DNA from: a virus
Strand: one strand, 5' to 3'
IMG/VR virus record: IMGVR_UViG_3300043570_001741
Location: 32,001-96,000 of that record
DNA length: 64,000 bases
Part shown: positions 62,684 to 64,000 of the stretch, in pieces
Layout: each line of letters opens with the position of its first letter
Position numbering within the stretch: the first letter of the stretch is position 1
Notes under the pieces: generated by a model
The model's database searches: none
What the model saw: only the letters and a program-made list of their open reading frames with translations
Told to the model about the DNA's origin: nothing
Program-made: the position numbers and the translations under genes

Positions 62684-63779
62684 CTGCTATTACCTTGTCA
62701 AGTGCTGGAATTTTTTCTGGATTTGCTTCCCAAGATGCTTTAGCTTGAGCACCAATTTGACCTTCATACGGGCAAGGTGTGCCTGCGGCCATCATAGCGT
62801 CAAACACTCTACGGTCTTGGCACATAGTAGCAACTGCAGCTACTTTCATACCCATATCATAAAGAGTCTTGGACAACTTCAGGCGTTCGCAATTCAGGTC
62901 TCTGACAGTACCACCACTAGACACACCAAAAATCTGCGTCTGAACAGAACCAGAAGTTCCTGTTGAACACAAATCGGTATTTCCACCACTCATCATTGCC
63001 GGTGCAACAGCTGTTGGAGGAGGTTGAATAACTTTCTGAGTGATAGTTGATTCATTTATGTTACGATTCGTCATGTCACCAGAGTTAATGTTTTGGTTAA
63101 CATTAGCATTTTGGTTAACACTTGTACTGGTACTGGCTGATGTTGAAGCATTGATATTACGATTGGTCATATCGCCACTATTCACATTATTGTTTTGGTT
63201 AACACTAGTGCTTGTATTAACGTTTGTATTTCTACTATCACTGGTTGAAGCATTGACATTGTTGTTATTGTATGTCATTGTACCGGTGTTTTCACTTTTA
63301 TTGATATTGGTTGATGTACTGGTGCTATTATTGTTATTGTTAAATGTCTGAGTTCCGCTATTGACGTTGTTGTTTGTGTTTACGCTGGTAGAGGTTGAAG
63401 CATTGACATTATTGTTATTGTTGGTCATTGTGCCGCTATTGACGTTATTATTGTTAAACGTCTGAGTACCAGAATTTACGTTGTTGTTATTGTTTGTATA
63501 AGTGACTGAACCACTCATAACGTTGTTGTTGTTATTGTTGTTTGTCAGAGTACCGCTATTGACATTGTTATTGTTGTTGGTATTGGTACTTGTACTGCCA
63601 ACTGTAGTTTGGTTGATATTGGTTATAGTGCCACTGTTAACATTATTTGTGTTAACGGTACTTGTGCTGGTGCTTGTGCTATTTGTGTCTACCAGACTTT
63701 TAGTATCATATGTGGTCTGAGCGAAAGCCCCGCCACCAATCATAACAAAAAGAAGCGCAGCTATCTTTTTGCGTAGCAT
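62619..63779 (-). CDS. Secreted Asn/Thr/Ser-repeat protein with Cys-rich C-terminal domain
   Basis: Signal peptide; N(n)VNSG repeats; CERLKLSKTLYDMGMKVAAV..MCQD.RV...GTPCP. Confidence 0.75.
   Translation of the reverse strand: MLRKKIAALLFVMIGGGAFAQTTYDTKSLVDTNSTSTSTSTVNTNNVNSGTITNINQTTVGSTSTNTNNNNNVNSGTLTNNNNNNNVMSGSVTYTNNNNNVNSGTQTFNNNNVNSGTMTNNNNNVNASTSTSVNTNNNVNSGTQTFNNNNNSTSTSTNINKSENTGTMTYNNNNVNASTSDSRNTNVNTSTSVNQNNNVNSGDMTNRNINASTSASTSTSVNQNANVNQNINSGDMTNRNINESTITQKVIQPPPTAVAPAMMSGGNTDLCSTGTSGSVQTQIFGVSSGGTVRDLNCERLKLSKTLYDMGMKVAAVATMCQDRRVFDAMMAAGTPCPYEGQIGAQAKASWEANPEKIPALDKVIADDTHKKIGIGAVLGVLVHKLF
63040..63690 (-). repeat. Coding imperfect repeats (NNNNVNSG / NASTSTSVN)
   Basis: Recurrent TTG/TTA triplet tracts on the plus strand. 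Confidence 0.8.
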
Positions 63780-63835
63780 TTCTTTTTCCTTTTATGTTTT
63801 TGTTTCCTATCAAATGGTTCATTAAACTATATGGG

Positions 63836-63843
63836 TATTTATG
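63836..63843 (-). promoter_or_regulatory. Late-promoter-like site for the minus-strand operon
   Basis: Reverse complement CATAAATA about 56 nt before the ATG at 63779. Confidence 0.6.
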
Positions 63844-63864
63844 CCTCCATTGACTCCACACGCT

Positions 63865-63917
63865 GTTGTTTTGGCACAACATAGGCTCTTGATTAATTTG
63901 ACTACATATGTTATACT
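63865..63917 (+). promoter_or_regulatory. Early promoter with GTTG-N8-CAAC palindrome
   Basis: Palindrome 63865-80; TTGATT-17-TATACT. Confidence 0.65.
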
Positions 63918-63939
63918 AGAACATAAACAAGGACTTTAT

Positions 63940-64000
63940 ATGTCAGATGGAATCTACATACTAAAGACGGCTGATGGTTTTCGTGTTACTTACTCAAAAC
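63940..64000 (+). CDS. Hypothetical protein, 5' part (truncated)
   Basis: AAGGA RBS; MSDGIYILKTADGFRV. Confidence 0.6.
   Translation, partial: MSDGIYILKTADGFRVTYSK

Noticed and set aside
63040-63690. Repetitive tract considered as a CRISPR array or DGR template
   Set aside because: Repeats are imperfect, in-frame Asn/Thr codon runs with no repeat-spacer periodicity; no cas or reverse transcriptase gene is in the window.

Overview
This is a 64-kb segment of a large T4-like myovirus genome (genetic code 11). The host is probably a Gram-negative freshwater betaproteobacterium, inferred from spanins, a DUF3563-like gene, a phasin-like gene, a PbpG-like peptidase and sigma70 promoters. In order, the window holds: the replication module (gp45-44-62-regA, hsp20, gp43, uvsX, gp41), a late block of putative capsid-packaged proteins with a glycan-modification cluster, a lysis cassette, primase/thyX/nrdAB/phoH, a divergent-promoter region with DnaA boxes, many small early ORFs, an array of 22 tRNAs plus one isolated tRNA, and a minus-strand late operon. 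The most striking element is the control region of the tRNA array. A consensus promoter starts a leaderless 42-codon peptide that contains all 20 amino acids. Its last codons form the antiterminator arm of a classical attenuator. Downstream are a boxA-like site and a 19-nt leader exactly complementary to a trailer 2.6 kb away. This suggests a general tRNA-depletion sensor that switches on phage tRNAs. Product calls come from motif recognition and synteny only; no database searches were run.
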